Below are positions 1 to 9,941 of a DNA stretch of 64,000 bases, one piece after another. Origin of the DNA: a virus; the IMG/VR virus record IMGVR_UViG_3300031746_002125, positions 1 to 64,000 of that record. One strand, given 5' to 3'. Below the pieces are notes generated by a model, which was given only the letters and a program-made list of their open reading frames with translations, ran no database searches and had not been told where the DNA came from. The number at the start of each line of letters is the position of its first letter. Positions within the stretch are counted from its first letter, which is position 1. Both the position numbers and the translations under genes were made by a program.

Positions 1-111
1 GAATCTTTGCCGGATATAAATAAATCTACACTATCAGAGTTTGTCTCGAATCCTTTGATAAAAAGATCGAAAATATTCGCAACAAAATCTTTGCCAGACA
101 AGAAGAGATCT
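1..111. repeat. Exact ~110-bp duplication of 3256-3366 inside the giant gene
   Basis: GAATCTTTGCCGGATATAAATAAATCTACAC...AAGAAGAGATCT at both sites; ~868-934 also recurs at ~2358-2426. Confidence 0.9.
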
Positions 112-3100
112 GTATTAGCTATCTTTGTTTCATTTCCATGAACGAATAAATTTAATTCCTGCGACCCTATATTTTTACCAAATATTATTAAATCTATATT
201 TTTATTGTTTGCTTCGAAACCTTTTATAAATAGGTCTAGACTTTGGCTTTGTGAATCCTCTCCCGGTATAAATAAATCAATTAATTCGATTTGAGTATCT
301 TTGCCACGAACGAAGAGATTCAAATTATTAGTTTCTGAATCTTGCCCACCAACGAATAAATTTATATTATTATTAAAATTATTATGGCCAATAATTACCA
401 AATTCAAATTTTGAGAATTAGTATCTTTTCCATCTATAAAAAGATTACAATTATTATTAAAAGATTGATGTCCAAATACAAATAAGTCTATGTTGTCAGA
501 ATTCGTATCAAAACCAAGAATAATAAGATCTAGATTTTTATTTTCTGTATCTTTGCCGGAGATATACAAATTACAATTATTGTTTTGATTATCTTTGCCA
601 GAAATAAATAAATTAAGAAATGGATTTTCAGAATCATTGCCCAATATAAATAAACTTATATTATTTGTTTGCTGTTGATATCCATTGATAAATAGATCAA
701 TTAATACTGTTTGAGTATTTTTACCATTAATTATCAAGTCTATATTTTGATTATTTGTGTTAAAGCCTTCTATAAATAAGTCTAAGTTTTGATTTTGTGA
801 ATCCTTACCAAAAATTATTAGGTCAATATTTTGTGATTCAGAATTATGTCCATTAATAAATAGATCAATATCATTCGTAAATATTTCATGTCCAATAATC
901 GCTAGATCTAGATTTTCTGTATTTGAGTCTTTTCCTTGTATAAAAAGATCCAAAGATTCATTTGAGGATTCATATCCTGTAATTATTAAGTCAAGATTAT
1001 CAGTATTTATATCTCGCCCATTAATAAATAAATTTAATTGTTGTGATTCTGTCTCTTTCCCAGCAATAACCAGATCTATATTATCAGAATTTGTCTCAAA
1101 ACCTAAAATAAAGAGATCGAGAGACTGGCTGTTTGCTTGTTCTCCTATTATTATTAAATCTATTTGTTCAGATTGAGTCTCTTTTCCTTGAACAAACAAA
1201 TCGAGACCATTCGTTTGGCCATCAAAACTACTAACGAACAAGTCTATATTTTCATTTTTGGTATCGAAACCATTTATAAATAAATTTAAAATGGTATTAT
1301 CAATATCAATACCAAATGAACGTCTTATATTACTTGGATCAACGGATAAATTTATTTCATTAGAACCATCTAAATCATATCTCTTAAATATAGGAAATGA
1401 ATTTTGACCAAGGGGAAAAAATGTGCCAGTAAGATATAAATAATTTTGATGTTTATCTATAGTAAATGATATATCGGACAAAGATCCTAGCGGCGTACTC
1501 AAATCTATGATCGTTTCTATATTCGATCCATCTAGATTGGCTCTTTGAATTTTTTCACCAAAAGACCAATAAATTTTATTGTTTTCTGGATGTATTTTTA
1601 TTTGATTTATATAACAGTCTATTGAGGATAAAAATATTCCAGATGAAGAACCATCGAGATTACTTATTCCAATGTTTGTTGTGACATAGTCTTCAGTAAA
1701 AAATTGCCAATATAATTTATTGTTAATTTCATCAACCGCTGTAACACATGGGAAATTATCCGGCTGATTAATTATTGTTAATATATTATTGCCATCAAAA
1801 TCAGATCTAAAAATATTCTCAATTTCATCAGAATAGAATAAAAATCCACTACTATTATGTATACTGGGCCTATATCCCGACACTGGAATTATTGTTCTTA
1901 AAAATTTGCCGTCTATATTTGTGCTTTCTATTCCACTGGGATCACTAAAGAATATTTTATCATTAATTTTAGACACATTTAAATAATAAAAAATGTCAAA
2001 TTCGTTTAAAGACAATGAAAGGAATCGTAGATTTTTTCCATTAATTTTTGATTTATAAAGACTTGAATAATTATCTTTTTTATTTAAAAATGACCAATAC
2101 AACAAGGGTTCATTATTAATCTGTCTATGGCCATGAATGAAAAGATCTAATACACTTGTATTTGCCTGTTCACCAATTATGATTAAATCCAAATTATTAT
2201 TTTTAGATTCGTTTCCAATTATTATTAAATCAATGTTTTCGTTTTGCGCATCCTTGCCAAAAATAATAAGATCTAAGTTGTTTGTCTCGCTGTCTTTCCC
2301 GTGAACAAATAAATCTAATTCTTGATTTTTATTATCTTTTCCGTGTATAAATAGATTAATATCATTCGTAAATATTTCATGTCCAATAATCGCTAGATCT
2401 AGATTTTCTGTATTTGAGTCTTTTCCCTTAATAAATAGGTCTATGTTATTAGTTTTTGTATCTTTGCCAGACAAGAAAAGGTTTATGGTTTGGGTATTTG
2501 TTTCATTTCCCTTAATAAATAAATCAATTTGTTCAGTCTTATTATCTTTACCATGGATAAAGAGATCCAAACTATTAGTTTCGGAATCTTTTCCATCAAT
2601 AAATAAATCTACATCATTATTAAAATTATTATGACCAACAATTACTAAATTTAAATCTTGAGATGTTGTATCTTTTCCTCTTATAAAAAGATCTATATTA
2701 TTATTGAAATTATTATGGCCCGTAATTATTAAATCCAAATCCTGAGATACTATATTGTGTCCATGGATAAATAAATTTATGTCATTTGTAAATGTTTCAT
2801 GCCCAACAATATTAAGATCTATATTTTGAGTTTTTTGTTGATGCCCGTCTATAAATAAGTCAATTAAATTATTTTTATTATCTTTTCCAGGAATATATAG
2901 ATTAATATCCTGAACTTTTGTGTCTTGCCCCAAAATAAATAAGTTTAAATTACTGGATTGAGAATCTTTTCCATTAATAAAAAGATTAATATTTTGTGAT
3001 TCAGTCTCATTGCCTATAATAAAAAGATCAACATTATTTGTTGACGAACCCTTTCCATAAATAAATAAACCAAGTGATTCGGTTCGTATATCTTTACCAC

Positions 3101-4892
3101 GAATAGAAAGATCTATATTTTCAGAATTTATTTCAAAACCAAAAACAACAAGATCTAAATTTTTATTTTCTGTGTCTTTACCCGAAATATATAAATTACA
3201 AATATTGTTTTGATTATTTTTGCCATTTATGAATAAATTTATGTCATTATTTTTAGAATCTTTGCCGGATATAAATAAATCTACACTATCAGAGTTTGTC
3301 TCGAATCCTTTGATAAAAAGATCGAAAATATTCGCAACAAAATCTTTGCCAGACAAGAAGAGATCTATGGTTTGATTATTTGTCTCCAATCCCTTGATGA
3401 ATAGATCAATTTGTTCAGTCTGATTATTTTTCCCGGCAATAAAAAGGTCTATGTTATCAAAATTTATGTCAGAACCAAGAATAAATAAATCAAGAGATTG
3501 ATTGTTTGCTTGTTCCCCTCTTATTACTAAATCTATTTTTTCAGATTGGGTTTCTTTCCCGCGAACAAATAAATCGAGATCACTCGTTTGGCTGTCAAAA
3601 CTACTAACGAACAAGTCTATGTCATTGTTTTTTGTGTCGTACCCAACAATTATTAAGTTTAAATTATTATTTTCAGAAATTGGTCCTTTTATAAATAAAC
3701 CAAGAAAATTAGACGATGTATTTATGTTAGATATAAATAAAGTTAAACTATTGCTTTTGGAATCAAATCCATTTATAAAAAGATCTATATTATTATTGAA
3801 ATTATCTTTTCCAAAGACAAATAAATCTAAATTCTGTGATTTTGCATTTTTGCCCAAAATAATCAGGTCGATATCTCTGTTTTCAGAATTCTTTCCTGTT
3901 ATAAATAGATTTACGCTCTCGCTCTTTGTTTCATATCCCTTAATAGATAATAAAAGAATGGGGCTAGATAAGCCCATAGAATTAGTTCCGCCTGTTGTAA
4001 TAGCAACAAAACGGGTGTTTGGCGCAGGAATGCTGGTTTCACCGTCGTAATTACTTCCCCAGGCTACGATGGACCCGTCGCCCAGGAGACCCAGACTGTG
4101 GTACGCGCCCCCGGCGACGGCGATAAAACCACTGTTCGGCGCTGGGATGTCGGTTTGACCGTTCTCATTGTTTCCCCACGCCACGATGGACCCGTCGCCC
4201 AGGAGACCCAGACTGTGCCACAAGCCCGCCGCGACGGCGACGAAGCCCGTGTTGGGCGCGGGGACGTCGGTTTGACCGTAGAGATTCCATCCCCACGCCA
4301 CGATCGAGCCGTCGGTCTTGAGGCCCAGACCGTGCCACTTGCCCGCGGCTACGGCGATGAAACCCGCGTTGGGCGCGGGGACGTCGGTTTGACCGTAGAG
4401 ATTCCATCCCCACGCCACGATGGACCCGTCTGTCTTGATACCTAAACTATGAAAATAACCAGCGGCAATAGCAATAAAGCCGCTATTTGGCGATGGAATA
4501 TTGCATTGGCCATCTGTGTTTCTTCCCCACGCGACTATAGATCCATCGACCTTGAGACCCAGACTATGACTATAGCCTGCGGCGACGGCGACAAAGCCCG
4601 TATTGGGCGAAGGAACATTAAGTTGACCCCAATCGTTGCGACCCCATCCAACAACAGACCCATTATCTTTCAATCCTAGGCTATGGAAATATCCTTGGGC
4701 AATTGCGGCAAAATCAGAATTGGGAATAGGAACATTGGTTTGTCCGTAAGTATTATTTCCCCATGCTATAATTTTACTATTAATATTCGCGTGGCCGTGT
4801 ATGAAAAGATCTAAATTATTATTTATTGAAAGACTTGGTGTACCGACAGGATATCCTATAAAATCTAGGATACCTTTGAATCCTATAGCCAC
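1..4892 (-). CDS. Giant repeat-rich virion/adhesin-like protein, 3' end outside window (>1,630 aa): RCC1 propeller, 15-aa (D/N)LFIxG repeats, YWTD-like propeller, more 15-aa repeats
   Basis: GTG at 4892 after GGAGA RBS. Manual translation gives RCC1 repeats (HSLGLKxDGSIVAWGxNxxGQ, ~3965-4785), 45-nt repeats, and LYW/IYWS..IQRANLDGS blades (~1305-2110). Same frame is open at position 1. Absence from the ORF track fits no stop in the window. Confidence 0.85.
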   Translation of the reverse strand, partial: MAIGFKGILDFIGYPVGTPSLSINNNLDLFIHGHANINSKIIAWGNNTYGQTNVPIPNSDFAAIAQGYFHSLGLKDNGSVVGWGRNDWGQLNVPSPNTGFVAVAAGYSHSLGLKVDGSIVAWGRNTDGQCNIPSPNSGFIAIAAGYFHSLGIKTDGSIVAWGWNLYGQTDVPAPNAGFIAVAAGKWHGLGLKTDGSIVAWGWNLYGQTDVPAPNTGFVAVAAGLWHSLGLLGDGSIVAWGNNENGQTDIPAPNSGFIAVAGGAYHSLGLLGDGSIVAWGSNYDGETSIPAPNTRFVAITTGGTNSMGLSSPILLLSIKGYETKSESVNLFITGKNSENRDIDLIILGKNAKSQNLDLFVFGKDNFNNNIDLFINGFDSKSNSLTLFISNINTSSNFLGLFIKGPISENNNLNLIIVGYDTKNNDIDLFVSSFDSQTSDLDLFVRGKETQSEKIDLVIRGEQANNQSLDLFILGSDINFDNIDLFIAGKNNQTEQIDLFIKGLETNNQTIDLFLSGKDFVANIFDLFIKGFETNSDSVDLFISGKDSKNNDINLFINGKNNQNNICNLYISGKDTENKNLDLVVFGFEINSENIDLSIRGKDIRTESLGLFIYGKGSSTNNVDLFIIGNETESQNINLFINGKDSQSSNLNLFILGQDTKVQDINLYIPGKDNKNNLIDLFIDGHQQKTQNIDLNIVGHETFTNDINLFIHGHNIVSQDLDLIITGHNNFNNNIDLFIRGKDTTSQDLNLVIVGHNNFNNDVDLFIDGKDSETNSLDLFIHGKDNKTEQIDLFIKGNETNTQTINLFLSGKDTKTNNIDLFIKGKDSNTENLDLAIIGHEIFTNDINLFIHGKDNKNQELDLFVHGKDSETNNLDLIIFGKDAQNENIDLIIIGNESKNNNLDLIIIGEQANTSVLDLFIHGHRQINNEPLLYWSFLNKKDNYSSLYKSKINGKNLRFLSLSLNEFDIFYYLNVSKINDKIFFSDPSGIESTNIDGKFLRTIIPVSGYRPSIHNSSGFLFYSDEIENIFRSDFDGNNILTIINQPDNFPCVTAVDEINNKLYWQFFTEDYVTTNIGISNLDGSSSGIFLSSIDCYINQIKIHPENNKIYWSFGEKIQRANLDGSNIETIIDLSTPLGSLSDISFTIDKHQNYLYLTGTFFPLGQNSFPIFKRYDLDGSNEINLSVDPSNIRRSFGIDIDNTILNLFINGFDTKNENIDLFVSSFDGQTNGLDLFVQGKETQSEQIDLIIIGEQANSQSLDLFILGFETNSDNIDLVIAGKETESQQLNLFINGRDINTDNLDLIITGYESSNESLDLFIQGKDSNTENLDLAIIGHEIFTNDIDLFINGHNSESQNIDLIIFGKDSQNQNLDLFIEGFNTNNQNIDLIINGKNTQTVLIDLFINGYQQQTNNISLFILGNDSENPFLNLFISGKDNQNNNCNLYISGKDTENKNLDLIILGFDTNSDNIDLFVFGHQSFNNNCNLFIDGKDTNSQNLNLVIIGHNNFNNNINLFVGGQDSETNNLNLFVRGKDTQIELIDLFIPGEDSQSQSLDLFIKGFEANNKNIDLIIFGKNIGSQELNLFVHGNETKIANTDLFLSGKDFVANIFDLFIKGFETNSDSVDLFISGKD

Positions 4893-4894
4893 TT

Positions 4895-5026
4895 TTATTC
4901 TCCGTCAGTGGCTATAATTATATCAATAATTGGATGATCTTCTCCGACAGGATATCCAATGAAATCTAATAATCCTATTAAACCTCCGCTTTTAGTAATT
5001 CCTGTAAGATATCCAATAAAATCCAT
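4895..5026 (-). CDS. 43-aa protein with DFIGY motif twice
   Basis: MDFIGYLTGITKSGGLIGLLDFIGYPVGEDHP..., tightly packed between neighbours; shares LDFIGYPVG with the N-terminus of the giant gene. Confidence 0.7.
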   Translation of the reverse strand: MDFIGYLTGITKSGGLIGLLDFIGYPVGEDHPIIDIIIATDGE

Positions 5027-5027
5027 A

Positions 5028-5804
5028 TTAATTTGTATCCAATCCAGTAATAGCATCCGCATTAGATGTAGAAGTTATATTTTGAGTATATGCTGTGGTT
5101 GAATCATCTTCTTTAGTAACTGTTAAAACTGTTCCAGAAATAGACCATTTATTCATGAGTTTTCTAATAGCATTTAAAAGTGATCGAGCAGATTCTCCGC
5201 TTACGGCACCCATATCCCTTTTAAGTATAGCATCAGCAATCTCGGTTACAGCATCCGCAGCAAGTTCACTTGCTCCAATTGCATCGGCAGCAATAATATC
5301 AGATGTAATTACATTATTTGCCATTGCTCCAACATGCGCAGGCACTCGTCCACCAATTAAAGTATTAGGCACTCCACCAAAATATAATAGAAGATTAACA
5401 TCAGGAAGTCCAGCATAAACAGGAGCATATAAATTTGTACCCAGCCATTGAACAGCATTTACATCAAGTACATCTCCTCCTCCAATAAATGAATCATAAA
5501 TATTGGCCGAAACTATTTGAAATTCATGCCATACAGGAAGAGCGCCCAGTTCTTGTACTGAAACAAGAAGAATACCAAGAGTATTTGTGTCTGTTGCATC
5601 AAGTGTAAGTTCATACCAACCATTTTCTTCGTGAGAAAGTGTTTGCGCAGCATTCTTCTGTGCCCAGTTTCCAGAATTTTTCTTCAAACGGATATCTGGT
5701 TGAGTAAGAGTAAGAGCAGTTTCCGCTGTAAATCCATCACTACTATCTAAAAATGGACCAATCCCTACATCTACTGATGTTGATTGTTTTAACCATAAAG
5801 CCAT
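5028..5804 (-). CDS. Putative virion structural protein
   Basis: 258-aa ORF in the structural operon with RBS. Confidence 0.7.
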   Translation of the reverse strand: MALWLKQSTSVDVGIGPFLDSSDGFTAETALTLTQPDIRLKKNSGNWAQKNAAQTLSHEENGWYELTLDATDTNTLGILLVSVQELGALPVWHEFQIVSANIYDSFIGGGDVLDVNAVQWLGTNLYAPVYAGLPDVNLLLYFGGVPNTLIGGRVPAHVGAMANNVITSDIIAADAIGASELAADAVTEIADAILKRDMGAVSGESARSLLNAIRKLMNKWSISGTVLTVTKEDDSTTAYTQNITSTSNADAITGLDTN

Positions 5805-6047
5805 TTAAATTCTCCTTTGACGAAATTGATGCATCGAACGAGGGGCTTGGCTTTGACCCCCAAGAACTCGACTAGAATTATCCGTAATAGTAACTGTGTC
5901 AGAAAGAAATAGTGTAAGTATAAAACCAATATCAAGATCTATTTCTACCCACGGGTTACGATCATAAGTATATGTATCACCCGCGCGAAAATCTTCGGCG
6001 TCGGCGTCCCCCAATCTAATACTAGAATTGTGTCCGTCCCCAGCCAT
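5805..6047 (-). CDS. Small virion-associated protein, apparent continuation of 6062-6589
   Basis: RBS GAGGGAG; HNSSIRLGD..NPWVE. Confidence 0.6.
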   Translation of the reverse strand: MAGDGHNSSIRLGDADAEDFRAGDTYTYDRNPWVEIDLDIGFILTLFLSDTVTITDNSSRVLGGQSQAPRSMHQFRQRRI

Positions 6048-6061
6048 TAGATAACTCCCTC

Positions 6062-6589
6062 TTAACCAACAGGGTCGCCCCCCATACCTATCTCAATAAC
6101 CAAACGATCACCAGCTTGGGTTGTATAAGAACCAGCACTACAAAAAACACCATCGGCATCATTAATAGCTCTACTCTGAAAAAGAGTATCGCTCGCTTCA
6201 AGATAATCTCTTGTTACATTTAAAAGTGTTCTTCTAACGGTCGTTCCATTGCTTGCGATTATTCTAATCCCAAGTGTAAAAAACATATTATTACTAGGGT
6301 TAGTTTGTATAACCCTACAAACCGCATTTATTTTTACTAAAGGTGTATCTACTTCTCCAAAATCCCACGTTATACCAGCAACAAGCGGGGGAGATATATA
6401 TTGACGAAATAATATATCTTTATTAGTAAGATTTGAATCAGAGAAAGAAACTGTAGTCATTGCTAATCCACGTTTTGAAGTTCCACACAAACATCTTGCT
6501 AAAATAGATATGTCTTCCCACCCCGAATCTGGGGCAGGAGAAATAGGAACCGTTTCAGCGGCGGCACTTAAATATAAACGAGTGGCCAT
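6062..6589 (-). CDS. Putative virion structural protein
   Basis: MATRLYL...GDRLVIEIG; structural operon context. Confidence 0.7.
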   Translation of the reverse strand: MATRLYLSAAAETVPISPAPDSGWEDISILARCLCGTSKRGLAMTTVSFSDSNLTNKDILFRQYISPPLVAGITWDFGEVDTPLVKINAVCRVIQTNPSNNMFFTLGIRIIASNGTTVRRTLLNVTRDYLEASDTLFQSRAINDADGVFCSAGSYTTQAGDRLVIEIGMGGDPVG

Positions 6590-6592
6590 TTA

Positions 6593-7018
6593 TTAACTCA
6601 CAGTAAGAGTCCAGGTAATTTGAAGAGTATCCGCAGCACCTTTAACAAGAGCAGAAAAAGATGCAGACATCCACATATTACCGTTAGACGAAGCGTCAAA
6701 TATACCAGCTTCAGTTAATGTTCCAGTCCCATCTCCCGCAGCCCAATCTCCAATCATTGTTACAATTGCACCAGATCGAGTTTTACTTGTAAGAGCATTA
6801 CGATCAATTTCCGCTCCCAAAAGAGTGGCCCCTGGCGAACCTGTTCCAATTGCCATCCATCCTGGTTTTGGTAGAGTCGGGGTAGTTAAAATTTGATCCG
6901 CAATTCCATTTTTGCCTGCTGTTGTAACAGTATTGTGAACACTTTCATGTTTTATCCTACCATCGGGACTACGAAGTATAATGTGTACATTAGCTTTTAA
7001 TTTTATTTCTTCTATCAT
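6593..7018 (-). CDS. Tail/baseplate-type structural protein
   Basis: MAIGTG..LGAEIDR..GTLTEAGIFDASSNGNM resembles phage tail-associated proteins. Confidence 0.7.
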   Translation of the reverse strand: MIEEIKLKANVHIILRSPDGRIKHESVHNTVTTAGKNGIADQILTTPTLPKPGWMAIGTGSPGATLLGAEIDRNALTSKTRSGAIVTMIGDWAAGDGTGTLTEAGIFDASSNGNMWMSASFSALVKGAADTLQITWTLTVS

Positions 7019-7033
7019 ATAATCTCCATATAC

Positions 7034-7966
7034 TTATACACATTTATTCTCCATCCAAATTTTATAATCTGTGTCACTTTTTGATGAGTTGCATGATTTG
7101 CACATTAAATTCAAATTTTGTAAACAAAATAAATCTATAATTTCTCGTTCTGTCTTCGCTCTTTCTAGTGGAATAACATGATCTATTGATACGGTGCAAT
7201 TTTTATAATCGGTTTGACACATAGGACATTTATTTTCTTGCAGTTTTCTGGTATTTTCAAGATAATTATACAATTCTATTGGAGTATAATCTAAGTTTCT
7301 AAAACAGCCTTTTATTTTTATATTATTGTTTTTTGATATTTTATTGAAGGCGATCCAAATACGACTTCTCAAATTATCTGCAAATTTTTTAATAGGATTT
7401 TTACGATACTCTCTAATCCTTTTATTTTTATCTTTTCTTTGTTCTTCCTTCAGAGAATGTCTAATTGTTGAATCATTGCATTTTAAACAATGATGCATTT
7501 TGTCTTTATAATAATGTATTGTTTCTCCATGAATTTGGCACAAACTTAAAACCTTGCTGTTCGATATTTTTTTAATTATATTTTTTTGAGGCACTCCTTG
7601 AGAAGCTATTGCGGTTTTTAAACCCAGTTTCGATGCCGTTGAACTTATAGCCCTTTTCGTCCTATTAAGATTCTTCATACAAAATCTTGTGCCATGAAAC
7701 GGATAATTAATTTTTAAAAATTCCATTTCGTCTTTTGTCCAGCAATTTTTATTTAATCCCGCATTTGCTTTATTTCTTTGTATTGTTTTTTCATTTTTAA
7801 AACATCCGCAACTTTTGGAATGACCATTCTTTAAATGACCACTTGTTACTATTGTTTTATTGCCACAATCACACAAACAAAGCCATTTAGGAACCCCCCT
7901 TTTTGTTCTGCCAACATATTCAATTGGTGTTAATCTATTAAATTTTTGTCCAACTAAATTCTCCAT
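7034..7966 (-). CDS. HNH homing endonuclease
   Basis: N-terminal WLCLCDCG..SCGC; C-terminal CPMC..SIDHVIPL..NLNLMCKSCNSSK. Confidence 0.85.
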   Translation of the reverse strand: MENLVGQKFNRLTPIEYVGRTKRGVPKWLCLCDCGNKTIVTSGHLKNGHSKSCGCFKNEKTIQRNKANAGLNKNCWTKDEMEFLKINYPFHGTRFCMKNLNRTKRAISSTASKLGLKTAIASQGVPQKNIIKKISNSKVLSLCQIHGETIHYYKDKMHHCLKCNDSTIRHSLKEEQRKDKNKRIREYRKNPIKKFADNLRSRIWIAFNKISKNNNIKIKGCFRNLDYTPIELYNYLENTRKLQENKCPMCQTDYKNCTVSIDHVIPLERAKTEREIIDLFCLQNLNLMCKSCNSSKSDTDYKIWMENKCV

Positions 7967-8557
7967 CTAGAGCGTCTCCCAAAAACTTATCGAGTAACGA
8001 TCTTCCCGAAGCCCCACAGGAATCGGTCCCTGAATCAATCTCACTCGAAGTTTCAAAATTTCCTCTATGTCGTGGTTAACTATGGCGTATTTACATCGCA
8101 CAAGATCTGGCACGTCTGTTAGGAAAGTTTTCAAACGAACTACTCCCTCGGTTTTTTGAACAGAAATTCCAAAATTTTTCATTTCTACAGGAGCCCATTT
8201 AATTAACGCTTTAATACATTTAGCATTTTCTCTTTCAAGGAAGCCAACAGATTTACAATATGGACACTTTTGTCCGCGAGAGAAGGAAACAGGTCCACCA
8301 ATCTTATAAATTCCTGTTGATCTATTTCCTACAACGTCAAAAGTACAATTTGTACATGGTTCTATAATAGGATCAAATATCAAATAGACATTCTTTCCTA
8401 GTTGATTAATTAAAGCATCTATGCGAGACTGATAAATTTGTATAAGGTCATCGCTTATTTGTATCGAGGCATTGGGATCAAGAGCGGGACAAGAAATTTC
8501 TGGGGCTGGTTGTGATCCACGTATGTTTAAATTTAAATTATTTGTTAGTATTGCCAT
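7967..8557 (-). CDS. Putative head-completion protein with CxxC pairs
   Basis: Downstream of capsid genes; CTNC and CPYC. Function inferred from position. Confidence 0.5.
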   Translation of the reverse strand: MAILTNNLNLNIRGSQPAPEISCPALDPNASIQISDDLIQIYQSRIDALINQLGKNVYLIFDPIIEPCTNCTFDVVGNRSTGIYKIGGPVSFSRGQKCPYCKSVGFLERENAKCIKALIKWAPVEMKNFGISVQKTEGVVRLKTFLTDVPDLVRCKYAIVNHDIEEILKLRVRLIQGPIPVGLREDRYSISFWETL

Positions 8558-8566
8558 TAAACACGT

Positions 8567-9118
8567 TTAATATCTTCTATTTACTCTCTCAATTGGTAAT
8601 GCAAGTTGATCGTAGAACCACGCGACAGTAGAAATAGCACTATCACTAGGACCACGATATGCGCCCAAAACAGCTTTGCCAACTAATGCACTTGAGGCGG
8701 CGGTTAATTTATTAATTAATAATTCGTAGGATTTACATGGGCCTAATTTGAGGATGTCGGCGTAGCCTGCGAAACTCACAGACGTTGTAATTTGGGTATC
8801 TCCGTCGCGTATACTTACTCCTTGAGACAAAGCTATTCTAAAATCAGATTGATTTAAAAGACAACTTGCTTTTAGTGGCAACAATGCCTGAACTTGAATA
8901 TCCCCCAATATTATCGGATCTGGGACAATGGTAACGCCAGTAATATCAAACACATAATTATTACTTAAATCTATTTCATTAGAAACAAGAACTCCTGCCG
9001 TAATTAAAATTTTCTTGAGATAGATGTCAGTGTTCTTTTGTGGCAAATTTAAATCGCCGATCAATACTCTCAATATAGTTACCAAGTCTACGTCCCAACT
9101 CATTTTATATGTCTCCAT
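8567..9118 (-). CDS. Putative head-tail adaptor
   Basis: ILRVLIGDL..TD..L N-terminus resembles connector proteins; probable start at MSWDVD. Confidence 0.55.
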   Translation of the reverse strand: METYKMSWDVDLVTILRVLIGDLNLPQKNTDIYLKKILITAGVLVSNEIDLSNNYVFDITGVTIVPDPIILGDIQVQALLPLKASCLLNQSDFRIALSQGVSIRDGDTQITTSVSFAGYADILKLGPCKSYELLINKLTAASSALVGKAVLGAYRGPSDSAISTVAWFYDQLALPIERVNRRY

Positions 9119-9606
9119 ATTTTATCATTTTTGATATCCCTAATATTACGAGCACTAACGCCAAATATTATTGCTATTTCTTTATGTGTCAAATAGTTAT
9201 CTTTTAATAATTTTTTAATTATACTTACTTGTAAGTCGTTCAATTTAGAGGTTCCACATTTAGATCCTCTGTTGTCTGGAATATGAAAAGTTCCATGTTT
9301 AATAGAATCTTGTGCATTTTCAGATCTTGTTCCCCATCGCAAATTATTGATATTATTATTTAATTTATTGCCATCCAAATGTCTACAAACACAATTAATT
9401 GGTCTCGGACCAATAAATGCTTCTAGCATCAAAACATGAATATTTTTAATCGTTCCCAATCCATTCTTAGACAACCTAACATACAGATATCCATTATGGG
9501 TAAGTCTTTGCTTCAAAATTTTACCAGTTTTTATATTTTTGACAAAAGTTTTATTCGATATTTGGTAGATATTTTCATATCCACGTACATTTCTCCAAGT
9601 TTCCAT
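9100..9606 (-). CDS. NUMOD4-HNH homing endonuclease
   Basis: WRNVRGYENIYQISN; CRHLDGNKLNNNINNLRWGTRSEN; C-terminal HTH. Confidence 0.9.
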   Translation of the reverse strand: METWRNVRGYENIYQISNKTFVKNIKTGKILKQRLTHNGYLYVRLSKNGLGTIKNIHVLMLEAFIGPRPINCVCRHLDGNKLNNNINNLRWGTRSENAQDSIKHGTFHIPDNRGSKCGTSKLNDLQVSIIKKLLKDNYLTHKEIAIIFGVSARNIRDIKNDKIWRHIK

Positions 9607-9610
9607 CGTT

Positions 9611-9940
9611 TTAAATCCTTAAAATATAACTATCCTTATCTCTTGGGAATCCACCATCTTCTCCTTCTACCGATTGTAAAACAAAGTCTCCCTCAACAGA
9701 ATTACTAGAACCATCTTGCATTTTCCAGTGATATTGAACCTTACTCGCGGTCAATACGGCGATATTTCCAGTTGACCAGCCAAATTTTCCCGTCTCATCA
9801 ATCTCGGTACATCCACTGGAGGTGATAGTTTGTAAGATTCCGTCTTGCCACAACTCAATATTCACCGTCTCGCCAGTTGTAAAATCTCCAATAATTGAAA
9901 TCGGTTCTAATAATGAATATTCATATTCCACAAGAGCCAT
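9611..9940 (-). CDS. Acidic virion-associated protein
   Basis: Resembles the C-terminal half of 9942-10505 (V.IE.W..C.EI..T..W/F.T.N..QY.KM). Confidence 0.6.
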   Translation of the reverse strand: MALVEYEYSLLEPISIIGDFTTGETVNIELWQDGILQTITSSGCTEIDETGKFGWSTGNIAVLTASKVQYHWKMQDGSSNSVEGDFVLQSVEGEDGGFPRDKDSYILRI

Positions 9941-9941
9941 A

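Noticed and set aside
2443-4679. Plus-strand ORFs (2443, 3502, 4098, 4449) and minus-strand 4165
   Set aside because: Shadows of the repetitive giant minus-strand gene; the same applies to most antisense ORFs in the track.
3965-4785. Diversity-generating retroelement acting on the RCC1 blades
   Set aside because: Differences between blades are not confined to adenines, and no reverse transcriptase or template repeat is in the window.
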